NCBI GenBank assembly: GCA_041659945.1
Contig: JBAZXH010000001.1
Coordinates: 425,292 to 489,291 of the forward strand
DNA: 64,000 bases
Reading direction: 5' to 3'
Origin: Candidatus Pacearchaeota archaeon
GTDB taxonomy: Archaea; Nanobdellota; Nanobdellia; Pacearchaeales; GW2011-AR1
The notes under the pieces are model-generated. The model saw nothing but the letters and a program-made list of their open reading frames with translations, did not search any database and was not told where the DNA came from. Shown here piece by piece: positions 53,760-63,835 of this stretch (position 1 is the stretch's first letter; each line of letters begins with the position of its first letter). The position numbers and the translations under genes are program-made.

Positions 53760-54923
53760 ATGGCAACACATTGCAAGTTAGATCATAAATTTTTTGAAGG
53801 TGATAGTAAAACTATTGCGGGTGGTGATTTGGAAGCTAGATGTTTTAGATTTCCTACTGGAGTAGAAGGTGTGAGACTTTCTAATAAAAGAGGAGGAGTT
53901 ACGGTTTTACCATTTCAAGGTCATCAGCTGTGGCATCCAGAATTTGATGGAATAAAATTAAGCATGGATTCTCAAGTTAAAGTTCCTATTCGTACCACTG
54001 ACTACTTAAAAGGTTATGGAGGATTTTTAGTTCTTTGTGGTGCAAGGAGAATTGGTTGTCCAGCAAAGGGTCTTGACGATCATCCTCTTCATGGAGAATT
54101 ACCAAATGCTCAAGGTTATGAGCAGGTTCTTCTGAGTTTTGGTGAAGATGTGGGAGGAAGATTTGTTGAGCTTGATGGAATTATCTGGGATCCTTCTGGA
54201 ATTGATTGTAAGGTTCATTACATGGCTGTTCCTAAAACAAAATTATATGAGAATAGTACTCTAGTTGATTTTTCTTTGAGAGTTGAAAATGTTTTAAATG
54301 AACCTATGGAAACAATGGTAATGATTCATGCAAATGGAAATGCTCCAGATAATTCTACATTGGAATGTAGTGCTCCATCTGATCCTGAAAGTGTTGTGAT
54401 AAGAACGCAAGATCCACAACATGTTATTGATGCTTGGGAAAAAGAAAGTGCAGAGAGTGATGAACGAGCTGCACAGATTAGAGCTTTTCGTGAATTTAGA
54501 GATGCGGTTGCTAGAAATCCTAAATTAATTGATCGTTTTGGTAAAGATATGTTACTTGATCCAGAAATTGTTGGTAACTATAATTATCGTGCTGATGGAG
54601 AAGGTTATGCGCATAGTATGGCTGTTTTTCCTGGTGGAGAAAGAGCATATTATATTAGACATAATCCACAGCAATTACCAATTGGGGTTAGATGGTTAAG
54701 AATTGCATCTGGTGATGAAGGATTTCCAGTTAGTCGTGCAGCAGGAGTAGTTTTACCTGCTAATTCGGGTGTAAGAGGATATTCTACAGAAAAATTTGCA
54801 GGAAATATTCCAGTTATGGATCCTCTTGAAACAATGTTTTATAATGTTTCTCTTGGACTTTTGTCAAATCGTGGAGAGATTGATGCTGCTAGAGGAAGAA
54901 TAGAAGAAGCTATGGCTCATTAA
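53760..54923 (+). CDS. Aldose 1-epimerase-like protein (DUF4432-type)
   Basis: VLPFQGHQLW, YGGFL..CG...GCP...DDHPLHGELP. Confidence 0.78.
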   Translation: MATHCKLDHKFFEGDSKTIAGGDLEARCFRFPTGVEGVRLSNKRGGVTVLPFQGHQLWHPEFDGIKLSMDSQVKVPIRTTDYLKGYGGFLVLCGARRIGCPAKGLDDHPLHGELPNAQGYEQVLLSFGEDVGGRFVELDGIIWDPSGIDCKVHYMAVPKTKLYENSTLVDFSLRVENVLNEPMETMVMIHANGNAPDNSTLECSAPSDPESVVIRTQDPQHVIDAWEKESAESDERAAQIRAFREFRDAVARNPKLIDRFGKDMLLDPEIVGNYNYRADGEGYAHSMAVFPGGERAYYIRHNPQQLPIGVRWLRIASGDEGFPVSRAAGVVLPANSGVRGYSTEKFAGNIPVMDPLETMFYNVSLGLLSNRGEIDAARGRIEEAMAH

Positions 54924-55013
54924 ATTTTTTAAAATTTTATTTTAAATAATTAAAAAATTAAAACGTAAGGTATAAAAAGCAATTTTTCTTGTATTTATTA
55001 TTAAGAGGGTGAA

Positions 55014-55574
55014 ATGTTTGATAAACTAACTGGACTTGTTACTAATAACTTTGAAGTTGCTAGAGAGATGAATAGTGCTGATAGTCAAATATTTTTAATG
55101 TTGATTATGGTTTTTATGGTTTTTATTGCGATCCTTGTTGTTGCAGTTTATGTTTATACTTCTTTGGCTACTATGAAAATTGCTCAAAGAACTAGAACTA
55201 AACCATATTGGTTAGCTTGGATTCCGTGTGTTGGTCAACCATTGGTTACAGCGAAAATTGCAAAAATGCACTGGTGGCCTATGATAATGGGAATTATTGG
55301 TGGTTTTTTATTGGTTCTTGGATATTTATTTTTAGTATTTGGATTAGCTAAAGTAGAAAATTCGTACATAATTTTTGGTTTGTTATCTTTGCTGGTTGGA
55401 ATTTGTTTATTGATTGCATTTACTGTTTTTAATTACATTTGGTATTGGAAAACCTTTGAAGCAGTTGGTAGACCTGGCTGGTGGCCATTGCTTGGTTTGA
55501 TACCCTATGCTGGAGGAATTATATTTTTGGTTTTGCTTGGAGTAGCTGCCTGGGGAAAGCCGGAGAAAAGATAA
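55014..55574 (+). CDS. Membrane protein (paralog of the next gene)
   Basis: WLAWIP, KMHWWP, WKTFEAVGRPGWW, AAWG. Confidence 0.8.
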   Translation: MFDKLTGLVTNNFEVAREMNSADSQIFLMLIMVFMVFIAILVVAVYVYTSLATMKIAQRTRTKPYWLAWIPCVGQPLVTAKIAKMHWWPMIMGIIGGFLLVLGYLFLVFGLAKVENSYIIFGLLSLLVGICLLIAFTVFNYIWYWKTFEAVGRPGWWPLLGLIPYAGGIIFLVLLGVAAWGKPEKR

Positions 55575-56273
55575 ATGATTTTTGATAAAATAACTGGATT
55601 TGCAACAAATGCTTTAGGATTGGATTATGGTACAACTGGTTTAGACCCTTTAAGCAGTGGTTCTTTGATAGGTAGTTCCAATCCTTTTAGTTCGTATATG
55701 TCGCTTTTGGGTGGTGCTATTTTGGCTTTTTTGGTTATTGCAATAATCATTGGTATTTTATTGTATTTTTATATTTCTTTTGCTTTTATGAGAATTGGTT
55801 ATAAAGCAGGTCTTGCTTGTCCAGGAGTTTCTTGGATTAGTCCGATAGTTTCTATATTTGAGATTTCAAAAATGCACTGGTGGCCATGGCCTGTATTGAT
55901 TGTAGGTGGCCCTTTAATTTACTTTCTTACAATCTTATTAGCGATGGTATCTCCAATTTTAATGATATTTACGGGTATTCTTGCTGTTTTACTTGCTATT
56001 ATGTTTCCTGTTATGGTAATTATTTGGAATTGGAAAACTTTTGAGGCTGTTGGCAGACCTGGCTGGTGGGCAATAATTTCTCCGATTTTAATTGTGGTTG
56101 GTATTTTATTGATGTTTTTATTGTTATCCATTTCTCCGTTTGTTGGAATTCTTTTAGGAGGAATAATAATTTTAGTAGGAGTTATTATTTATTTAGTTCT
56201 TATTGGGATAGCTGCCTGGGGAAATGTTGAAGGTTTTCCTCAACAGGAACAGATGCAGCAGCAAGTGCAATAA
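55575..56273 (+). CDS. Membrane protein (paralog of the previous gene)
   Basis: Shares FDK.TG, KMHWWP, WKTFEAVGRPGWW and AAWG. Confidence 0.8.
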   Translation: MIFDKITGFATNALGLDYGTTGLDPLSSGSLIGSSNPFSSYMSLLGGAILAFLVIAIIIGILLYFYISFAFMRIGYKAGLACPGVSWISPIVSIFEISKMHWWPWPVLIVGGPLIYFLTILLAMVSPILMIFTGILAVLLAIMFPVMVIIWNWKTFEAVGRPGWWAIISPILIVVGILLMFLLLSISPFVGILLGGIIILVGVIIYLVLIGIAAWGNVEGFPQQEQMQQQVQ

Positions 56274-56360
56274 TAAAATTTCTTTTTTATTGACTTTTAG
56301 ACTTTTCTTTACAAAGATTTATAAGTCTAGTTCTTATTGAAATTAATTTTAAACTTAAAA

Positions 56361-56413
56361 ACATCAAAAATCAATGATTTTTGTGGCTTAAAGTTTGTAA
56401 TACAAACTTTAAA
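56361..56413 (+). repeat. Twin-hairpin palindromic element, copy C (5' leader of the histidine kinase gene)
   Basis: ACATCAAAAATC-AAT-GATTTTTGTGG followed by TTAAAGTTTG-TAATA-CAAACTTTAA. Confidence 0.7.
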
Positions 56414-56421
56414 TTAATAAA

Positions 56422-57384
56422 ATGGAACCGGATTATCGAACTTTGGTTGAAGAAAATAGAAGATTAAGAGGACAAATCGGAGATCTAGAACTGCAGCTTG
56501 CTAATTTTGATGTGAGGGAATCTCATTTTTTGCATGATTTTAAGGGACCCCTAGCTACTTTAATGATGCTTTCATTGGACTATCCAGATTTACTTCAGCG
56601 TTTACATGATGCTGAAGATCCTCAAGTTGCGAAGAGTATTGAGTTTAAACTTCGGCAGATGGTAAGGCGTTCTGATGCAGCTCTAGGACTTTTGAATGAT
56701 CATTTTCAGATTGCTTCTTGTAGAGGAATGAGCACAGAACAATTGATGAAATATGCAGAAAAATTTGATCTTTTAAAAAAGTTGAAACAAATATTTGACG
56801 CACATGAACACCCTTTAATACGTAGTGATTTAGGACTAACTTTTGATTATTCGCCTAGTTTAGAGAATTTTGAAGTTTATGCAAATGTGGGAGCTTTATC
56901 TTCTCCGATTTCTAATTTAGTTAGCAATGCTATAAAGTATGCAACTCCAAGAGGTTCTGTAATTAAAGCCATGGCTTATTTGTCTGAGGATTCTTTTGGA
57001 TTTGAATTGGAAAATGCAGTTAGACAGCCTATTGATGTTGCAGAGTTGCAGAGATTTTTTGAATTTGGCTATACTCGGGGAGAAATTGATAGTCGTGAAG
57101 CCTATGGGCGAAGTCAGGGAATTGGACTAACTGATGCTAGAGATTTGCTAATAACTCTTGGTGCTTCTGTTGAATTGTCTAGTGATCATTATTTTCAAAT
57201 AACTGAAGAAAGAGCAGAAGAGGGAGGATTTAGGAGAAAAAATTATGGGATTATTCCTCCTCAAAGAGAAGTGCCTAGACTGCCATCATTTCATGCTAAG
57301 GTCTCAATACCTTTAGAATATTTGAAAGTGCCTGAGGTTGTTGTGGAAGATACAACTGATGAAGAACCTCCTTTATTTGGGTAG
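56422..57384 (+). CDS. Histidine kinase-like protein (HisKA + HATPase_c), no sensor domain
   Basis: H box HDFKGPL, N box NLVSNAIKY, F box FFEFGYT, G2 GIGL; G1 degenerate. Confidence 0.8.
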   Translation: MEPDYRTLVEENRRLRGQIGDLELQLANFDVRESHFLHDFKGPLATLMMLSLDYPDLLQRLHDAEDPQVAKSIEFKLRQMVRRSDAALGLLNDHFQIASCRGMSTEQLMKYAEKFDLLKKLKQIFDAHEHPLIRSDLGLTFDYSPSLENFEVYANVGALSSPISNLVSNAIKYATPRGSVIKAMAYLSEDSFGFELENAVRQPIDVAELQRFFEFGYTRGEIDSREAYGRSQGIGLTDARDLLITLGASVELSSDHYFQITEERAEEGGFRRKNYGIIPPQREVPRLPSFHAKVSIPLEYLKVPEVVVEDTTDEEPPLFG

Positions 57385-57434
57385 TGATTTTTTGTATAAA
57401 AATCTTTTTAAAGTAGGATTTATCTAAAAGTAAA

Positions 57435-58577
57435 ATGAATGATAGAATGGAGTTTGGGATTGTTGGTGCAGGTATTTCTGCCTCTATGATTGCTAGAGAT
57501 ACTAGGACCAGTAAGTTTGTAAAACTTGGAGCTATTTGTGATGTTGAGGAAGATGTAGTGAGAAATTTTGCAGTGACTAACGGGCTTGATTCTTCTCGTT
57601 GTTATACTGACTTATCTAAGATGTTGACAAGAGATGATCTTGATTTTGTTGTTGTTAGTGTTCCACCATATTTACATAAACCTACGGGAATTCAGATTGC
57701 TAAAGCTAGAAAACATGTTGTTGTTGAAAAACCAATTACAACTACTTTAGAAGATGCAGATGAATTAATTAGAGTATGTGAGGGGGAAGGAGTTGAACTT
57801 TTTGCAGTATCTCAGAAGAGATATGAAGGAGATGTTCTGAGAGCTAAGTCTCTAATGCCTAAATTAGGTAATGTTTTTTATGCAGAAATGAGATCTAGAT
57901 GGTTTAGGCCACAGAGTTATTTTGAAGGTAAGGATGGGAGAATTAATTGGAAAGGTAAATGGAAACTAGCTGGTGGTGGAGCTCTTTTAAATCAGGGAAT
58001 TCACGGACTTGATGTTTTATTTTATTTATGTGGTGAGTTAGAAAGAGTACGGGCAAGAGGAAAAATTGCAAATCACCGAAATATTGAAGTTGAGGATTTG
58101 ATTTCTGCTAATGGAATTATTCATAATGGACCTGATGTGGAAATTTATGCATCAACATGTGATTTAGGAAGAGATCATACAGAAATACATATTTTAGGTA
58201 GAAATGGAAAAATAGTTTTAGACGATTATTGTTTTGTTCCGGGAAGTGGAATTTATAGTCCCACTGGAAATCTTGTAGAACCATTTATTAGTTCAAAAAC
58301 TGCATCTGTTGAAGGTGTAGATGAAGGTAGAGTAGGAAATCCTCTTTCACATGGAGGTCATGAAGTACAATTAGAATATATTGCAAGAGAATTAGGTGGT
58401 ACTCCTGTTTCAGGAATCAGTATGGTTAGAGGTAAGGATGCAAGAGATACATTAATGTCAGCTTTGGCAATTTATCAATCAATAGAAGAAAAAGGAAGAG
58501 AGCTTTGGTTGCCTTTACAGGATCATAGATATGCTCCTAATCCAGAAGTTATGAGTGAAAGATTATCGTTTAGATAA
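57435..58577 (+). CDS. Gfo/Idh/MocA-family oxidoreductase
   Basis: GIVGAG, HVVVEKP, WKGKW..AGGGALLNQGIHGLD. Confidence 0.92.
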   Translation: MNDRMEFGIVGAGISASMIARDTRTSKFVKLGAICDVEEDVVRNFAVTNGLDSSRCYTDLSKMLTRDDLDFVVVSVPPYLHKPTGIQIAKARKHVVVEKPITTTLEDADELIRVCEGEGVELFAVSQKRYEGDVLRAKSLMPKLGNVFYAEMRSRWFRPQSYFEGKDGRINWKGKWKLAGGGALLNQGIHGLDVLFYLCGELERVRARGKIANHRNIEVEDLISANGIIHNGPDVEIYASTCDLGRDHTEIHILGRNGKIVLDDYCFVPGSGIYSPTGNLVEPFISSKTASVEGVDEGRVGNPLSHGGHEVQLEYIARELGGTPVSGISMVRGKDARDTLMSALAIYQSIEEKGRELWLPLQDHRYAPNPEVMSERLSFR

Positions 58578-58650
58578 TATTTTATTAAGAAGCAAAAGCT
58601 AAGGATTAAAAATAGACTTATTCTACTTATTTGATAGTTAATATAATAAA

Positions 58651-59613
58651 ATGTTAGAACCAAAACCAAGGTTTCTTGAACGTATGAAAGAACTGCTTAG
58701 TGATGAGAAAGATTTTGAAGAATACCTGAAAGTATCTCAAACTTACCCGGTAAATTCTATTAGATGTAATACTATTAAGATTTCTGCTGATGAATTGAAG
58801 AAAAGACTTGAGAAAAAATGGAAAATAAACCAACCATTTAAAGAATATCCTGAAGTTATGATCATTGAAAGTGAGTTGTTGCCGGGAGAATTGGGAAAGG
58901 CCATTGAACATATTTTAGGTTATTATTATGTTCAGGAAATTTCTAGTATGTTACCAATGCTTGTTTTAAAACCTAGTAGGGAGGATGTTTTTCTTGATCT
59001 GTGTGCCTCGCCAGGAAGTAAAACTTCTCAGGCTGGAATGATGATGGAAAATAAGGGTTTTTTAGTTGCAAATGATGTTAATCTTGGAAGAATTATGGTT
59101 TTGGCAACTAATTTGCAGAGATGTGGAGTTACCAATGTTATTGTTACACGACATGAAGGTACGAGTTTGTGCAATCGTTTGTACAAGGCAGGATTTAATT
59201 TTGATAAGATATTGGTTGATGCTCCGTGTTCGGGTGAGGGAACTATTAGAAGTTCACCTAAAACTCTTGTTATGTTTAGTGAAAATTTAATTAAGAATTT
59301 ATCTGGAATCCAAAAAAATCTTGCTTCCAATGCTTTAAAAGTTTTGAAAGTTGGTGGAGAAATGATTTATTCAACTTGCACACATGCACCAGAAGAAAAT
59401 GAAGAAGTTGTTTCCTACTTGTTGGATAATTTTCCGGTTGAGTTGATGGAGATTAAACTACCATTAAAAACTCGCCCAGGAGTTGTAGAATGGAATGGCA
59501 AACAGTATAATAAAAATGTTACAAAATGTGTAAGGGTTTATCCTCATGATAACAATACTGAAGGATTTTTTATAGCTAAACTCAGAAAGGTTAGTGAGTT
59601 GGAGGAAAAATAA
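58651..59613 (+). CDS. RsmB/NOP2-family RNA m5C methyltransferase
   Basis: YYVQE.SSM, LDLCASPGSKT, ILVDAPCSGEG, YSTCT...ENE.VV. Confidence 0.94.
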   Translation: MLEPKPRFLERMKELLSDEKDFEEYLKVSQTYPVNSIRCNTIKISADELKKRLEKKWKINQPFKEYPEVMIIESELLPGELGKAIEHILGYYYVQEISSMLPMLVLKPSREDVFLDLCASPGSKTSQAGMMMENKGFLVANDVNLGRIMVLATNLQRCGVTNVIVTRHEGTSLCNRLYKAGFNFDKILVDAPCSGEGTIRSSPKTLVMFSENLIKNLSGIQKNLASNALKVLKVGGEMIYSTCTHAPEENEEVVSYLLDNFPVELMEIKLPLKTRPGVVEWNGKQYNKNVTKCVRVYPHDNNTEGFFIAKLRKVSELEEK

Positions 59614-59614
59614 G

Positions 59615-60097
59615 ATGGTAAAAGTAGAAATATTGGATAGGACTAAGAAGAAAAAAGTGTTGGAGATACTTGAAGAGGCCTATGGAATCGAAGATTTGCC
59701 GTATATGTTTATTAAAACTGGTAAGGATAAGGTAAGAATCTTTTCTGGTGAAATGGCCTGGGACGAGATAAATGAATTTTCTAAAAAGGTTAATGTGGAA
59801 ATAATTGGAGTTCCTCTTTGTACCTTTGTTGAAGATAATGTTACTAGAATTAACTTTGATGTTGCTAATTTGCCAAGTGTAAAAAATGGTGTGACTAAAA
59901 ATATCTATGAAATAGATGATGCTCAATTAGGTGAGTGGTTAAACGGAAAGAATATTAATGTGGATTTAGAAATTTCTAAAAAACTAACTTCTGGATTTGT
60001 TATGGTTTCACATAAAGGTGATTTTATTGGTGTTGGTAAGACAAGAGAAGGTTATATACAGAATTATGTGCCTAAGGAAAGAAGAGTTAAGAATTAA
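59615..60097 (+). CDS. NIP7/PUA-like partner protein of the m5C methyltransferase
   Basis: Abuts the methyltransferase stop; ends W..G.....FIGVGK...IQNYVPKERR. Confidence 0.65.
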   Translation: MVKVEILDRTKKKKVLEILEEAYGIEDLPYMFIKTGKDKVRIFSGEMAWDEINEFSKKVNVEIIGVPLCTFVEDNVTRINFDVANLPSVKNGVTKNIYEIDDAQLGEWLNGKNINVDLEISKKLTSGFVMVSHKGDFIGVGKTREGYIQNYVPKERRVKN

Positions 60098-60438
60098 AGA
60101 CTAGGTTCTTGTTTTAATCTATAGAGGCCAGTTAATTCACCTAAGAAATCTTGAGGAACTAGTTGGTCCAAGACACATTCTAATACATATAATCTTTGCA
60201 TGGGAACTAATGCTCCTCTTTCTCTTAATGCATAATCCTCAGGATCATTTCTTTTTAGTGCTTGTTCTAATTCGTTTTTAAATTCAGCAGGGGTTACGGT
60301 TGTATCAAATGTTTCTAGTTCTTCTGCTATTATATTTGCAAGAGGTTGTTGATCTCTTGCATCTGGACAATAATGCCCTAGGTTTCTTAATTTTGCTGCA
60401 ACAAGATCTGTCCTAATACGGGGTTTATCATCTGACAT
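60094..60438 (-). CDS. Hypothetical protein
   Basis: 114-aa ORF with TTTATAAA about 25 nt upstream. Confidence 0.6.
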   Translation of the reverse strand: MSDDKPRIRTDLVAAKLRNLGHYCPDARDQQPLANIIAEELETFDTTVTPAEFKNELEQALKRNDPEDYALRERGALVPMQRLYVLECVLDQLVPQDFLGELTGLYRLKQEPSL

Positions 60439-60525
60439 CTTTTGATTTAATTAATTCTATTTATAAAGTCTATTGCATTTCATTATATAATCATCTTTAT
60501 AAACGGTCTTTTTATCTTTTTTATT

Positions 60526-60774
60526 ATGAATAGTTCAATAGAAGGAATAGATGCTTATGGAAGTTTTGGTAGTGGAATGGGTTTTGGGGAACAGTTTGAT
60601 GACCCCGAAGTACAGGAAAATTTAGAAGAAATGAAAATATCAGAATCTGAGAGACCAACTATTTTGTTTATTGTTTATAGCCCTAGTGTTATTCCCTCTA
60701 ATGGGCAAACTCATTATGGGGCTATGGTTTCAGGGTTTGTAAGAGCAGGACCTGGTGCTAGAAGAAGGTTATAG
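60526..60774 (+). CDS. Hypothetical protein
   Basis: 82-aa ORF with TTTATAAA at about 60496. Confidence 0.5.
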   Translation: MNSSIEGIDAYGSFGSGMGFGEQFDDPEVQENLEEMKISESERPTILFIVYSPSVIPSNGQTHYGAMVSGFVRAGPGARRRL

Positions 60775-60808
60775 AATTCTTTATAAAACCATTATTCATT
60801 CATAAGCC

Positions 60809-61708
60809 ATGAATAATAAAGATATTGAAAATATAAGAAAGGCGGGCAAGATAGCTCGAGAAGTTAAGGAATATGCTAGACGTGTAGTTAAGAAAGGTGA
60901 ACTATTGAGAGATATTGCTGATAAAATTGAGGCTAAAATTGTTGAGCTTGGTGGAAAGTGGGCATTTCCAGTTAACTTGGGAATAAATGAAGTAACTGCA
61001 CACTATATTCCAGCTCATGATGATGTGACTGTTGCTGGTGGACTGCTAAAGGTGGATTTTGGTGTGCAAATAGATGGATGGACTGCAGATACAGCTTTTT
61101 CTGTTGATCTTGAAAGTGGAGAAGAAAGTGAAAAAAATAAAAAATTAATTAAATCAAGTGAAGAGGCTTTGGCAAATGCTATAAAAGCTGTTGAGGAAGG
61201 TAAAGGTTTGGGAGAAATCGGAGCTGCGATTCAAATGGCTGCTGAAAAATATAATGCAAATTCAATAAAAAATTTATCCGGGCATATGATTGAACAGTAT
61301 GCTTTGCATGCGGGATTAAATATTCCTAATTATGATACTGGTAGTCCACATGTTTTGGATAATGGTCTTTATGCAATAGAACCATTTATCACTTATGGAA
61401 GTGGAATGGTTTATGATGGTAAGCCTTCTGGGATTTATGAAGTAAGAAAAGTTACTGGCATAGGTATTAGGGATAGTCATGCAAGGGAAGTTTTTGAGTT
61501 TATTTTAAAAGAATATGAAACTTTGCCATTTTGTTCGCGTTGGCTTGTGAAAAAATTTGGTACTAGAGCATTATTATCTTTGAGTATGATTGAAAGAACT
61601 GGTGCTTTGTATCAGTTTGCAACTTTGGTTGAAAAATCTAAATCAAAAGTTGCTCAAAGTGAACATACTTTGTTGATTACCCAGGGAAAGGTTGAGGTTA
61701 TTACTTAG
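60809..61708 (+). CDS. map: Methionine aminopeptidase type II
   Basis: AFPVN..IN..AHY, KVDFGV..DG..ADTA, NLSGH...LHAG, AIEPF, AQSEHT. Confidence 0.96.
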   Translation: MNNKDIENIRKAGKIAREVKEYARRVVKKGELLRDIADKIEAKIVELGGKWAFPVNLGINEVTAHYIPAHDDVTVAGGLLKVDFGVQIDGWTADTAFSVDLESGEESEKNKKLIKSSEEALANAIKAVEEGKGLGEIGAAIQMAAEKYNANSIKNLSGHMIEQYALHAGLNIPNYDTGSPHVLDNGLYAIEPFITYGSGMVYDGKPSGIYEVRKVTGIGIRDSHAREVFEFILKEYETLPFCSRWLVKKFGTRALLSLSMIERTGALYQFATLVEKSKSKVAQSEHTLLITQGKVEVIT

Positions 61709-61799
61709 TTCTTGTATTAGTTATTATTTTGCAGTAGTTACAAATAGAAATATTTAAATACTAATTTAGCCTATGAAAATTAGATAAAAAGGAACAAAA

Positions 61800-62789
61800 A
61801 TGGCAAAAGATGATATTGAAACAAGGCTTAGAACTTTAGAAAGAAAAGCTTCTAGAGAAAAGACTGTTTCAGCTATGGAAACTGGTGCACGAATGGCCGG
61901 TGCTGCAGTTGCTGGAGGTGCTTTTTATAGATATTTAGGGGACTCGGCTAGAGGTCTTGGAGAGTTTTGTGGAGAGTTAGGAGATGGAGTAAGAACTGCC
62001 AGAGCTCTTGCGTCTTTAGGAACATCAACAGATAGCACTCAACATTATTTATCACTTTTACCTGGAAATATGGCTCAAGTCTATCAGGATTCTGCTGGAA
62101 GTTATTTGGATGCTGGAAGAATTGGGTTAGAAACTGCTCAAAAAGCGAGTGAAAGTTTTCCTGGGGCTAGATCAGAGGTTGTTCAGGGAATAAGGGGTAT
62201 TAAGGGTACAATTATTGAAACAACAAAGGGTTTGATTAGAGGAAATAGAGAGGAAGTTGGAAAAACAAATACTCCTGAATATCAAGCAAATTATAATCAA
62301 CTTGCTGCCTTGAGGGTTGCTGGTGTAAAAAAGATGCAAAGTCTTGAAGTTCAGATTGATAGACATTGTCAAAAACTAGCAGTTAATGAAGCTAGAGTAG
62401 GTAAGGTTGATGAAGAGGGAATAAGAATATTGGAAGGTCTTGTTGGTCAACATAATAGTATTTTATCTTTAGTTAAAAATTCAGAAAGTTTAGGTGTTAG
62501 TGAAGTATCTGCGGGAATAAATAGTTCTCAATATCAAATATTGATAACTAGTGCAAAGACTTACGGTCTTCAACCGGTAAGTTATACAGATTATGGTACT
62601 GCTGCTTTGCTTTCTGGAACTCTTTTAGCAGCATATGCTGGAAATAGAGTTGGGAAGTTTGTTGTAAGAGCACCAATTGCAGCATATAGAGCAGGAACTA
62701 AATTAGTTGATGCTGGTGTAAGAACTGGTAGATTTGTCTCTCGAGCAGCTGAAAAGTTGAGAGCTAGAATCATATCTAGAAAGACTTAA
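61800..62789 (+). CDS. Hypothetical Ala/Gly/Arg-rich protein with possible membrane-inserting helices
   Basis: 329-aa ORF with small-residue hydrophobic segments near both ends. Confidence 0.65.
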   Translation: MAKDDIETRLRTLERKASREKTVSAMETGARMAGAAVAGGAFYRYLGDSARGLGEFCGELGDGVRTARALASLGTSTDSTQHYLSLLPGNMAQVYQDSAGSYLDAGRIGLETAQKASESFPGARSEVVQGIRGIKGTIIETTKGLIRGNREEVGKTNTPEYQANYNQLAALRVAGVKKMQSLEVQIDRHCQKLAVNEARVGKVDEEGIRILEGLVGQHNSILSLVKNSESLGVSEVSAGINSSQYQILITSAKTYGLQPVSYTDYGTAALLSGTLLAAYAGNRVGKFVVRAPIAAYRAGTKLVDAGVRTGRFVSRAAEKLRARIISRKT

Positions 62790-62813
62790 ATATTAGCAGA
62801 AGATAACTAAAAA

Positions 62814-63179
62814 ATGGAAAATAAAATAAAATTAAAAAAAGTTTTGACTTGTCATTCTGAAACTGGTATTTCTGAAGTAGTTAAAAAACTTAGGGAACAT
62901 GGCGAAAGAAGAATTTTTGTAGTAGATGATGAAGAAAAATTAGTGGGAATTATTACTACTGTAGATATTGTTTACAAGGCTTGTTTTGATAGTGACTTAA
63001 AAGCTAGGGATATTATGTCTAAAAATGTTTTATCTATTGATGTTGATGACGAGCTAACTGGAGCTCTTGAAATTATGGACAAATTAAAAACTTATGTCTG
63101 TCCGATAACAAAAGAAGGTAAGGTTATTGGATTAATTTCTTATCATGATGTTTTGGCATATGTAATGTCGACAATGTAA
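62814..63179 (+). CDS. CBS-domain pair protein
   Basis: VVDDEEKLVGIIT..DI, ARDIMSK, GKVIGLIS..DV. Confidence 0.9.
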   Translation: MENKIKLKKVLTCHSETGISEVVKKLREHGERRIFVVDDEEKLVGIITTVDIVYKACFDSDLKARDIMSKNVLSIDVDDELTGALEIMDKLKTYVCPITKEGKVIGLISYHDVLAYVMSTM

Positions 63180-63180
63180 A

Positions 63181-63801
63181 ATGGGAATTGAAGATTATTT
63201 ATCAAGTGCAGTGAGCAAATCAAAAGCAAGTTTTTCTAGTGATAGAGGTAAATGGGTCAATTATTTAGTTGATCATGAATTGGGCAATTATTTTTCTGGA
63301 GCTTCAGACGAAGAAAGGCAAAAGATGAGGAACGGTTTGGAAAGAATAGTTGATACAACTGCTGAAAAATATCATGATGAACTTGGTGGAATTGCTAGAA
63401 AGGGGGTTTCAAAGGGAACAATGGGATTGGCTGTTTTGAATGATTTGTATGCATATGTTTCTAATGTTCCAATTGCAAATGTTACTGGTTTGGGTTATGC
63501 TCTTTTTGCTCTTAAAACTGCAGCAGAAGTTCCTGCTCTTTATAGATATTTGAAGAAATCTGGTGACTGGTATGGAGAAGCTGAGCATTTAGCACTTAAA
63601 CCTTTGAGATATTTACTTCCAGTTATTGGTCCGGCTCTTGAATCTGGAGCTTTTGAAAGAATGGTTAGAAGGAATATAATGAATGAAGCTAGACTTGGAT
63701 TTATTAAAGAGTTTGGAAATTATGTTTCTATTGAAGATAGGGTTAAAGAAAGATTAAAAACAAGTGTTAGTGATGCAGCTGGTGTAAAAGCTGCTGCTTA
63801 G
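63181..63801 (+). CDS. Hypothetical protein
   Basis: 206-aa ORF abutting the CBS gene. Confidence 0.65.
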   Translation: MGIEDYLSSAVSKSKASFSSDRGKWVNYLVDHELGNYFSGASDEERQKMRNGLERIVDTTAEKYHDELGGIARKGVSKGTMGLAVLNDLYAYVSNVPIANVTGLGYALFALKTAAEVPALYRYLKKSGDWYGEAEHLALKPLRYLLPVIGPALESGAFERMVRRNIMNEARLGFIKEFGNYVSIEDRVKERLKTSVSDAAGVKAAA

Positions 63802-63835
63802 AAACTTTAATAAACATTATTTTCTCATCTTAATT

